Shown: positions 1 to 7,943 of the stretch, in pieces
How positions within the stretch are numbered: the stretch's first letter is position 1
Layout: each line of letters opens with the position of its first letter
NCBI GenBank assembly: GCA_963605385.1
Contig: CAVCUM010000006.1
Span: forward strand, 551 to 64,550
Reading direction: 5' to 3'
Origin: Lachnospiraceae bacterium
Lineage (GTDB): Bacteria > Bacillota > Clostridia > Lachnospirales > Lachnospiraceae
DNA length: 64,000 nt
Program-made: the position numbers and the translations under genes
Notes under the pieces: generated by a model
Told to the model about the DNA's origin: nothing
Database searches by the model: none
Seen by the model: only the letters and a program-made list of their open reading frames with translations

Positions 1-491
1 ACGTCGGGATGCATGGCAAGGCTTCTTGCAATCGCAATACGCTGCTTCTGTCCGCCGGAAAGCTGGTTTGGGTAAGCTGAAGCCTTGTCGGATAAGCCTA
101 CTCTTTCAAGAAGCTCGTCCGCATTCTTTGAGGCTTCCCCGGCCGATTGCTTTAAAAGCTTTAGGGGTGCGATTTCAATGTTCCTCTTCACACTCATGTG
201 CGGGAACAAATTAAACTGCTGAAATACCATTCCGATTCTTTCGCGAAGAGCATTTACATTTGTGCCTTTTTCATTTAATTTCTTGCCTTCGAAGAAGATT
301 TCTCCACCGGTAGGCTCCTCAAGCAAATTGAGGCATCTCAGAAATGTCGACTTTCCCGAGCCTGATGGTCCGATTATTACAAGCACCTCTCCGGATTTAA
401 TATCAGTCGAAATACCCTTTAATACTTCAACATCTCCAAAATGCTTTTCCAGATTCCTTATCTCAAAAAGAGTTTCTCCCTTATCTATCAC
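1..491 (-). CDS. Polar amino acid ABC transporter ATP-binding protein (GlnQ-like), 3' end runs off the window
   Basis: Manual minus-strand translation from GTG at 491 gives Walker A GPSGSGKST and LSGGQKQRIAIARSLAMHPDV; overlaps the permease stop. Confidence 0.9.
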   Translation of the reverse strand, partial: MIDKGETLFEIRNLEKHFGDVEVLKGISTDIKSGEVLVIIGPSGSGKSTFLRCLNLLEEPTGGEIFFEGKKLNEKGTNVNALRERIGMVFQQFNLFPHMSVKRNIEIAPLKLLKQSAGEASKNADELLERVGLSDKASAYPNQLSGGQKQRIAIARSLAMHPD

Positions 492-1191
492 TCTGATGCA
501 GCCTCCTTTCAAGTCTTCCGACAAGCGATGTGAGTATCATTACCAAAATAAGGTAAATGGCAGCAACGCTTAAAAGTGGGAAGAAGGTTTCGTAAGTAAG
601 GCTTCTCACAATATCTCCTGCTCTCGTCAAATCGTTTAAAGCAATATAACCGGATATTGAGGTTTCCTTTAAAAGCGTGATAAATTCATTTACAAGTGCA
701 GGAAGTACATTCTTAAAGGCCTGCGGAATAATCATATAGCACATGGTCTGAGTATAGGTAAATCCAAGACTTCTGCCTGCCTCGAACTGTCCCTTGTCGA
801 TTGACTGGATGCCCGAGCGTACAATTTCCGCAACGTATGCACCGGAATTTATGCCAAAGCTCACTATGGCTATTAGTACCTTGTTGGTGCTACCAACCAT
901 GATGATGTAGTACATGATAAGAAGCTGAACGGTTGTAGGGGTTCCCCTTATAATCGTTAAATATACCTTGGCTATAGCATTAAGAATTTCCAGTCCCACG
1001 TGCTTCTTTGGAAGTGTATCATGAGTGGTTCTGATAACCGCAATTAGGAATCCAAGAAGGATTCCTAAAACTGCGGCAAATATTGTTATAACGAGAGTAT
1101 TGCCAAGTCCCGTGGTAAAGAACTTGTATCTGTCGTCCGTTATAAATGTTTCAATAAATTTTTCCTTTAAAAAGTCCAAATCAAACCTCAA
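481..1191 (-). CDS. Polar amino acid ABC transporter permease (HisM/GlnP family)
   Basis: IIRGTP and SGAYVAEIVRSGIQSIDKGQFEAGRSLG motifs. Confidence 0.93.
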   Translation of the reverse strand: MRFDLDFLKEKFIETFITDDRYKFFTTGLGNTLVITIFAAVLGILLGFLIAVIRTTHDTLPKKHVGLEILNAIAKVYLTIIRGTPTTVQLLIMYYIIMVGSTNKVLIAIVSFGINSGAYVAEIVRSGIQSIDKGQFEAGRSLGFTYTQTMCYMIIPQAFKNVLPALVNEFITLLKETSISGYIALNDLTRAGDIVRSLTYETFFPLLSVAAIYLILVMILTSLVGRLERRLHQSDR

Positions 1192-1200
1192 TGTCTAAGG

Positions 1201-1992
1201 TTATTTTCTAACGATAATAACCTGTGTTGCTGTTGTGTAGGAATCAGAGAAGTCAATATTTTTAAGTCTGTCTTCCGTAACTGTCATACCTGCCATACCG
1301 ATATCAGCCTTTCCGGTCTGAACAGCTGCAATGATGGAATCAAATTCCATATCCTCAATCTGTAAGGTCATGCCAAGGATATCGGCAATAGCCTGAGCCA
1401 TTTCTGCATCAATACCTACGATTTCGCCGCCCTCATAATATTCATAAGGAGGGAAATAAGCATTCGTAGCCATTACTAAGGTTCCGTTGGCGCCTGTATT
1501 TGAAGCATCTGCAACGTAAGGGCAGGTACCTATCGTATCATCACCAATATAGTTTGCTTCAATCTGTGCCTTTACACCATTCTCATCAAGAGTTTTCAGT
1601 GCCTCATTAATAGAAGCCGTAAGCTCAGTGTTGTCCTTTGAAACAGCAACGGCATATTCCTCAAGAGCAAATGCCTCGTCAAGGATCTCAAGCTTGTCAG
1701 AGTTCTTTGCCACAAATTCTTCTGCAGGAAGCTTGTCGATAATAACGCAGTCAAGCTTTCCCTGAAGTAAAGCCTGAACAGCGTCAGCGCCCTTTGAGTA
1801 CCTCTCTATTACCGAGCCCTCGCTTTCATAATCAGATGCATAGATATCACCTGTTGTGCCAAGCTGTACACCGATTGACTTTCCAGGAAGATCGTCAACA
1901 CCAAATACCGTGTTTGCCTTTGTGCTTGATCCGCATGCAGCAAGTGAAAGTGCCATAGCGGAAGCCAATAAAACAGATAAAAACTTTTTCAT
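1201..1992 (-). CDS. Amino acid ABC transporter substrate-binding lipoprotein (SBP family 3), circularly permuted, probably arginine-binding
   Basis: Lipobox LAAC; both SBP_bac_3 halves present but in swapped order; ARG boxes upstream. Confidence 0.88.
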   Translation of the reverse strand: MKKFLSVLLASAMALSLAACGSSTKANTVFGVDDLPGKSIGVQLGTTGDIYASDYESEGSVIERYSKGADAVQALLQGKLDCVIIDKLPAEEFVAKNSDKLEILDEAFALEEYAVAVSKDNTELTASINEALKTLDENGVKAQIEANYIGDDTIGTCPYVADASNTGANGTLVMATNAYFPPYEYYEGGEIVGIDAEMAQAIADILGMTLQIEDMEFDSIIAAVQTGKADIGMAGMTVTEDRLKNIDFSDSYTTATQVIIVRK

Positions 1993-2040
1993 AACATATC
2001 CTTCCTCGGTTTATACCGAAAGTACTTTATTTACCGAAAG

Positions 2041-2091
2041 ATTCTATCACGGAAGGATTAAATATACAAGAAAAATGTATAAAAATGCAGA
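2041..2091 (-). promoter_or_regulatory. SigA promoter overlapped by tandem ArgR/AhrC (ARG) boxes
   Basis: Minus strand TTGTAT(2064-2069)-17 nt-TAGAAT(2041-2046) with extended TG; 18-mers AATGTATAAAAATGCAGA (2074-2091) and AAGGATTAAATATACAAG (2053-2070) are 3 bp apart. Confidence 0.7.
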
Positions 2092-2128
2092 AATTGTTCG
2101 TATCTGTCACCATAAAAAAGAAATGTAC

Positions 2129-2842
2129 TCAATTCATGGACACGCAGCTAACGGATTTAACCTCTCCGATTGACTCCAAAAAGAAATTAAGCTTTTCAAT
2201 GTCGATTTCCGACGAAGTACGTATAGTGAGATTGTAGGTTACGAACCCATCCTCGTCGAATTTAACCTTCGATTCAAGAGTCTGTGCCTTCTGCTCTTCT
2301 AAAAATTTAGTAACGGACTTTCTGAATTCGTCGGAATTCTTAACGGTAAACCGAAGCTGATAATTGTTGACGGCATCCGCGCCGATTTCAACCTTATGCA
2401 TTATAAACTGGATCAAATAGATGACCGCGGTTACAAAGATACCGAGCGGATACATGCCCGCACCGATGGCAATTCCGACCCCGGATATTGCCCAAACTCC
2501 CGCAGCTGTTGTAAGACCCCTGGTGGTACTACCGTTATGAAAAATAACGCCTGCACCAAGAAAAGAAATACCGCTTATAATCTGAGCCGCAAGACGTGCA
2601 GGATCTGAGTTGTGAGAACCTGCCAGATATTCTACATCAAGAAAACCATACTTTGAAACAATCATAAGCATGGCAGAAGCCGCACATACGATTATGTGAG
2701 TCCTGATTCCGGCTTCCTTGAAGCGTCTCGTCCGCTCGAAGCCGACTAAGCCTCCGCACAGGCAGGAAACGATAATTCGTAAAAAAAGCTCCGCATATTG
2801 AGCCAGCGTCAGCTGGTTCATCATAATTTCACCATAAGTCAT
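2129..2842 (-). CDS. mgtC: MgtC/SapB family membrane protein with C-terminal ACT-like domain
   Basis: AGIRTH, DPARLAAQIISGISFLGAG and GLTTAAGVW motifs; start placed after GGAGG. Confidence 0.88.
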   Translation of the reverse strand: MTYGEIMMNQLTLAQYAELFLRIIVSCLCGGLVGFERTRRFKEAGIRTHIIVCAASAMLMIVSKYGFLDVEYLAGSHNSDPARLAAQIISGISFLGAGVIFHNGSTTRGLTTAAGVWAISGVGIAIGAGMYPLGIFVTAVIYLIQFIMHKVEIGADAVNNYQLRFTVKNSDEFRKSVTKFLEEQKAQTLESKVKFDEDGFVTYNLTIRTSSEIDIEKLNFFLESIGEVKSVSCVSMN

Positions 2843-2948
2843 AACCCGATACCTCCAAGAGAAGAGTATCACTTTTGCATCGAAAAATAAAAGCGCTTTT
2901 TACACATTTTTTTGCAAAAGATATGCAAATTTTGCGACATTGAATCGC

Positions 2949-3025
2949 ATGACAGGACTCACGCGTAGGTCTGCAGTGCCGGCTTTGAGTCTGCATTGAC
3001 AGGCACGTTCCGGTTGAAGCTTGAG
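2949..3025 (+). repeat. Degenerate copy (A) of dispersed structured intergenic repeat
   Basis: Aligns by eye to 5453-5532 and to the reverse complement of 63595-63677; stem GCTTTGA(2982-2988)/TTGAAGC(3014-3020). Confidence 0.55.
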
Positions 3026-3036
3026 TTTTGATTAAG

Positions 3037-5247
3037 CTACAGGTTCTCTTTTAACACCCCTGCCAGCACATCCATCTGAATGGGTTTCGGAACAAAGCCG
3101 TTCATTCCGGCTTCCTTAAACATATCCTCCATGCCCTTTATGACGTTTGCCGTGCACGCAATAATCGGAAGATTCTTAAAGTAATCGCCTTCAAGTCCCC
3201 TGATAATCTTCGTAGCCTCAATACCGTCCATTCCGGGCATCATATGGTCCATAAATACCAGATCGTAGTGTTTTGCCTTTACCTTCTCTATGGCTTCCTC
3301 TCCCGAAAGAGCTGAATCGGCGATTATATCAAACTGCTTTAGAAAGGCAACCATCACCTTTACATTTACCTTATTGTCATCAACCACCAGAATTGCCTTA
3401 TCCGAATAATTCTTCGGACTAAATACAATTTCGGATTCTTTGTGCTTTCCGGCTCCGTAAAGTGAGAAAATAGCATTCTTATTAAGCTTAAAGCTTTCCC
3501 TTTCGCGTTGCGACATAGGATTTGCATCGGCTACGTCCACGTTTATACTAAAGTAAAATTCACTGCCCTTTCCGTATTCGCTGTTTACCCCGTATTCACC
3601 GCCCATTAAGGATACAAGCTGTGCAAATATGGCAAGTCCGAGCCCGCTTCCCTCGATATGCCTGTTCTTTAGTGCATCCACCTGAGTGAATGCCGAAAAA
3701 AGCTTTTGCTGATCCTCTTCTTTGATACCAAAGCCGGTATCCTTCACCGAACCCTTAAGCTTGATTGCGCCCCCGATATGCTCAAAGTCAACCTTTAATA
3801 CAATTGAACCGCTCCTCGTATACTTGTCCGCATTTGAAAGAAGGTTTAGGAATATCTGCCTGATTCTGGTATCGTCCCCGAAAAGCCTTGAAGGAATCTT
3901 AGGGTCGATATCCGCAATAAAATCTATCGGTTTGTCGCCGATTCTCATTACCGTAACATTCAATATAGAATTTAAAAATTCGGCAGTATCGAATTCAACC
4001 TTGTTAAGCTCAAGCTTTCCCGACTCAGCCTTTGAAAAATCAAGCACTTCATTGACAATGCCAAGCAAAATCCTGCTTGCGGCCTTTATCTGCCCGATAT
4101 ATTCGTCCTTTACGGTTTCCGAGGTTTCTTTTTCCGAAAGCTCGCTCATCCCGATAATAGCATTTAACGGAGTCCTGATTTCATGGCTCATATTTGCAAG
4201 GAACAAACTCTTAGCCTTGTTTGCCGAATCAGCCGCTTCCCTTAGGCTGCTGATTTCCTCCATCTGCTCATGTATCAGCGTAATGTCACTTATACTTATC
4301 ACATAACCGATTAAGCTTCTTCTTTCGTACATGGGTGTACAGAAGCTCTTATAGTACTTGCCGTCCTTGTCAAAATAATATTCCTTGCCGTCCGCAGCAA
4401 GAGCATTTGAAATAAAAGAAAAGGTATTCCCGGGATCAAGAGTACTCAGCTCCGGAAAGATTTCTTCGGCTCTTATATTGGAATCAATATAAAGCTCATA
4501 CTCATCGCAAATGACCACACCGTTTGCAATATTCTGAAAAAGATTATCCTTTGCAAGTCCAAGTGTATCTACAAATTTGCCGTTTTTAAGCGTAAGTGCA
4601 AATGCCCCGATTAAAAGGCAGAGAATCGTGGGACTTGGGTCCCAACCTTTTGTATTGATAAAAACAGTTCCGACAATGCCTATAATAGGTACGAGCGTTT
4701 CTACAAAAAGAAGTGTATATCTGCGTTTCTCGGAAATCCTGTTTTTCCTGGTGCGGCCAAGCAGCAGCAGGGCCGCTGAAAATACGAGCATAAAGATCTG
4801 ATACATTGCAAAAGCATAATAAAGTGGAGTTCCCTTAACCTCAACATGCTTAAAGAAACCCGAATCCACAAGTTCAAATTCCTTGTAGTAGAGTTTTGAA
4901 TGTTCACCCATGCAGACGTTTGCGAACACAAACGTATCAAAGAGTAACAGAACCGTCGTAAACCATGCCGGCCATCTTTTCAAATGACAATATTGGAATA
5001 TAAAGAAAGAAAAAGAAAGTGCCGCGTACGCAAGTCCCATATACTCGAAAGCATATGCAGCTCTTGCGGCAGCTGCTGTCGGGCAAAGCATTTCCTGAAT
5101 GTAGCCGACAGTATACATATCTACGCACAATGCGCTCACGAATAGATATTTATTTTCAAGTGATCCTTGAAGATGCAGGATTTGAAGCGTTATCCGCAAA
5201 GAAAGCAGAGCAACCGCTATTTGAAAAATCAAGAAAAAATAAAACAT
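3037..5247 (-). CDS. Hybrid sensor histidine kinase/response regulator with N-terminal 7TM sensor and PAS-like region
   Basis: H-box FLANMSHEIRTPLN, N-box NLLSNADKYT, G boxes, C-terminal REC domain (VVDD, FMDHMMP); start moved to 5247 because the longer ORF overlaps the tRNA. Confidence 0.92.
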   Translation of the reverse strand: MFYFFLIFQIAVALLSLRITLQILHLQGSLENKYLFVSALCVDMYTVGYIQEMLCPTAAAARAAYAFEYMGLAYAALSFSFFIFQYCHLKRWPAWFTTVLLLFDTFVFANVCMGEHSKLYYKEFELVDSGFFKHVEVKGTPLYYAFAMYQIFMLVFSAALLLLGRTRKNRISEKRRYTLLFVETLVPIIGIVGTVFINTKGWDPSPTILCLLIGAFALTLKNGKFVDTLGLAKDNLFQNIANGVVICDEYELYIDSNIRAEEIFPELSTLDPGNTFSFISNALAADGKEYYFDKDGKYYKSFCTPMYERRSLIGYVISISDITLIHEQMEEISSLREAADSANKAKSLFLANMSHEIRTPLNAIIGMSELSEKETSETVKDEYIGQIKAASRILLGIVNEVLDFSKAESGKLELNKVEFDTAEFLNSILNVTVMRIGDKPIDFIADIDPKIPSRLFGDDTRIRQIFLNLLSNADKYTRSGSIVLKVDFEHIGGAIKLKGSVKDTGFGIKEEDQQKLFSAFTQVDALKNRHIEGSGLGLAIFAQLVSLMGGEYGVNSEYGKGSEFYFSINVDVADANPMSQRERESFKLNKNAIFSLYGAGKHKESEIVFSPKNYSDKAILVVDDNKVNVKVMVAFLKQFDIIADSALSGEEAIEKVKAKHYDLVFMDHMMPGMDGIEATKIIRGLEGDYFKNLPIIACTANVIKGMEDMFKEAGMNGFVPKPIQMDVLAGVLKENL

Positions 5248-5299
5248 CCGGCTCCCTTCCCCCCTGCCTGAAAGCAAAATGTCCTCTGAAATGTCAAAA

Positions 5300-5370
5300 A
5301 GCAGATGACGGGAATCGAACCCGCCTCTCAAGCTTGGGAAGCTTGCATTCTACCGATGAACTACATCTGC
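5300..5370 (-). tRNA. tRNA-Gly (anticodon CCC), CCA not encoded
   Basis: Acceptor stem GCAGATG/CATCTGC, anticodon arm CAAGC-TTCCCAA-GCTTG, T-loop GGTTCGATTCC; promoter TTGCAG-17-TACAAT at 5402-5430. Confidence 0.95.
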
Positions 5371-5452
5371 ATAAATATTCTAACTCTGCGAAATCTCCTT
5401 TATTGTAACCTATTGATTTGCAACCTGCAAGCACGAAAATAACAGTAGCTTA

Positions 5453-5720
5453 TTGCAATTATCAGGACTTGCTATCAAGCCCCCTGCGCCGGATTTGCGT
5501 CTGCCCTGGCAGACTTCTACCTCTTCGAATCCATGTACATCCTCGCGGAGCGTTTCGCAAATAGTAAAAGTACTTGAAGAACTACTAAATCTTTGAATCC
5601 GTGTACATCCTCGCGGAGTGTTTCACCCAAGTCGAAATTCGAACCCTGACTTAGCAGAATTTGTCATAGCCCCGCCTTCGCTATCGCTTTGATTGGGAAA
5701 TTTTTCCGACTGAGTCAAAA
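5453..5720 (+). repeat. Longest copy (B) of dispersed structured intergenic repeat, with an internal 35-nt direct duplication
   Basis: 5453-5532 and 5706-5720 match the two ends of the 63542-63677 copy; units 5522-5556 and 5590-5624 differ at 3 of 35 positions. Confidence 0.75.
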
Positions 5721-5748
5721 ACGCCCCTTCCTGCAAGAGAAAGAGGCG
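5716..5748 (-). terminator. Intrinsic terminator of the GH115-GH3 operon
   Basis: Minus strand CGCCTCTTTC...GGAAGGGGCG followed by TTTTT. Confidence 0.6.
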
Positions 5749-5778
5749 ATTATATATCAAGAAAAGAGGCGTTTTTAT

Positions 5779-7938
5779 TTAGAGAATTTCGTCCGAAGCT
5801 ATGCTTACCGATACCGGCTTTACATCCTTGCCGGTAAGAGTCTTGCTCCTTGAATCCGGGCCCTGATCTGAAACGTAAATTTCCGCCTTACCCTTTAAAA
5901 TTCTGAATTTGCCCTCTGTATCGTACAGGGCGAAGGCTTCCTTGGGAATATGAAGAGTAATTTCTTTTTCCTCTCCACTCTTTAAGCTCACCTTTTTGAT
6001 TCCCTTAAGCGAGCAGTTGGGAAGATGGCTAAATTCCTCGTCAGGACATATCTTAACATACGCCTGAAGAGTAGCGGTTCCGTCATAATTTCCGGTATTT
6101 TTTACCTTTGCAAGTACCTCTACCCCATCATCCGAAAGAGTATCCTTGCCTGTACTTTCAACCTCAATATCATAATTAGTGTAAGAAAGTCCGTATCCGA
6201 ACGGATATAAAGGTTCTTTCTTTAAATATCTGTAGGTACGGCCTTCCATAGAATAGTCCGTAAATTCAGGTACATCCTCTGACGAATAATAAAAGGTAAC
6301 AGGAAGCTTGCCTTCCGGATTTGCCTCTCCGAAGAGAATCTCTGCAAGCGCATTTCCGCCCTCAGCACCGGGATACCAACCCTGAATAATTGCATCAAGA
6401 TTGTCCTCTGCATAGGAAAGATCAATAGCCGACCCTGAAAGATTGACAACTATCGTGGGCTTTCCGGATGCCTTTGCTGCCTCAAGAAGCTTACCCTGAA
6501 GTCCGGGCAGCTTTAAATCACGCTTATCGCCCGATGCGAACTGGTTACTGGTATCTCCTTCTTCGCCCTCAAGCCCTGCATCCAGTCCTACCACACATAC
6601 AATGACGTCACTTAATGAACAGATTTCCTCAACCTCGGACATTCTGTCATTAGCCTTAGAAAGACCATCCACGCTGTCCTTGTACAGATGGCATCCGTCC
6701 GAAGCATACACTCTGACTTCTCCCTTAAGATAATCCTCAAGTCCTTCAAGAATCGTTACATATCTTGAAGCTGTTCCTTCATAATTTCCAACGAGAGCGC
6801 GTCTGCTGTCGGCATTAGGGCCAATTACCGCAATCGATTTAAGCTCCGATTTTTTGAGAGGTAGAAAATTATTTTTATTCTTAAGCAAGACCATGCATCT
6901 CTTCGAAGCTTCCAAATTTAGTGCACGCATCGACTTGTCATCTACAACACTGTAGGGAATAGTGTCAAATTTCGTCTCATCGCCCATTATTCCAAGCTTG
7001 TATCTCGTCGTAAAAAGATTTGTCAAGGCTTCGTCAAGTCTTGTTTCAGGCACAAGTCCTCTTTCCACAGCCTCCTTCAGATAAAGAAAGAGTTCTCCGC
7101 AATTTAAATCGCATCCATTGTTCATAGCCATAGCAACAGATTCAAGCGGTGAATTTGTTACATGATGTCCCTCATGAAAATCCTTTATAGCCCAGCAGTC
7201 GCTTGTGACATGGCCTTCAAATCCCCATTCATCACGAAGTATATCTTTAAGAAGCGTCTTCGAACCGCAGCAAGGCTCCCCATTTGTGCGGTTATACGCA
7301 CCCATTACAGCCTCTACCTTTGCCTCTTTTACAAGTGCCTTAAAGGCAGGCAGATAGGTTTCCCTAAGGTCCTGTGTGGAAACCGTTGCATTAAACTCAT
7401 GCCTGATATCTTCGGGACCTGAATGTACGGCATAGTGCTTTGCGCAGGCTGCTGCCTTTAAATGATCCTCGTCATGTCCCTGAATGCCTTCTACAAAGCG
7501 AACACCGAGCCTTGAGGTCAGATACGGGTCCTCTCCGTATGTTTCATGACCTCTTCCCCAGCGTGGATCTCTGAAAATATTTACATTGGGTGCCCAAAAG
7601 GTAAGCCCCTTGTATATATCCCTGTCATCACGCTTTGACTGCATGTTGTACTTAGCTCTGGCTTCTGTTGAAATAGCATCTCCTACTTCTTCCATGAAGT
7701 CCTCATCAAAAATTGCGGCAAGTCCTATTGCCTGGGGGAAAACTGTTGCAATTCCGGCTCTTGCAACTCCATGAAGAGCCTCGTTCCACCAGGTATAGGC
7801 TTTAACATTGAGCCTGTCTATTGAGCTTGCATGATGAATGACCTGAGATACCTTTTCGTCAAGAGTCATCTTCTCAACCAGGCTCTTTGCCAGCTCTCTG
7901 TATTCGGAGAGTTTCTTTTTATTGTCCTTTAATTCCAT
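5779..7938 (-). CDS. GH3 beta-xylosidase/beta-glucosidase with Fn3-like C-terminus
   Basis: WWNEALHG, APNVNIFRDPRWGRGHETYGEDP, nucleophile motif VTSDCW; no signal peptide. Confidence 0.93.
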   Translation of the reverse strand: MELKDNKKKLSEYRELAKSLVEKMTLDEKVSQVIHHASSIDRLNVKAYTWWNEALHGVARAGIATVFPQAIGLAAIFDEDFMEEVGDAISTEARAKYNMQSKRDDRDIYKGLTFWAPNVNIFRDPRWGRGHETYGEDPYLTSRLGVRFVEGIQGHDEDHLKAAACAKHYAVHSGPEDIRHEFNATVSTQDLRETYLPAFKALVKEAKVEAVMGAYNRTNGEPCCGSKTLLKDILRDEWGFEGHVTSDCWAIKDFHEGHHVTNSPLESVAMAMNNGCDLNCGELFLYLKEAVERGLVPETRLDEALTNLFTTRYKLGIMGDETKFDTIPYSVVDDKSMRALNLEASKRCMVLLKNKNNFLPLKKSELKSIAVIGPNADSRRALVGNYEGTASRYVTILEGLEDYLKGEVRVYASDGCHLYKDSVDGLSKANDRMSEVEEICSLSDVIVCVVGLDAGLEGEEGDTSNQFASGDKRDLKLPGLQGKLLEAAKASGKPTIVVNLSGSAIDLSYAEDNLDAIIQGWYPGAEGGNALAEILFGEANPEGKLPVTFYYSSEDVPEFTDYSMEGRTYRYLKKEPLYPFGYGLSYTNYDIEVESTGKDTLSDDGVEVLAKVKNTGNYDGTATLQAYVKICPDEEFSHLPNCSLKGIKKVSLKSGEEKEITLHIPKEAFALYDTEGKFRILKGKAEIYVSDQGPDSRSKTLTGKDVKPVSVSIASDEIL

Positions 7939-7943
7939 TTTCT

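Noticed and set aside
5248..5331. N-terminal extension of the histidine kinase ORF
   Set aside because: Overlaps tRNA-Gly; a purine-rich RBS precedes ATG 5247
5522..5624. Minimal CRISPR array
   Set aside because: Only two imperfect units, no cas genes or leader, and the unit is part of the dispersed repeat element
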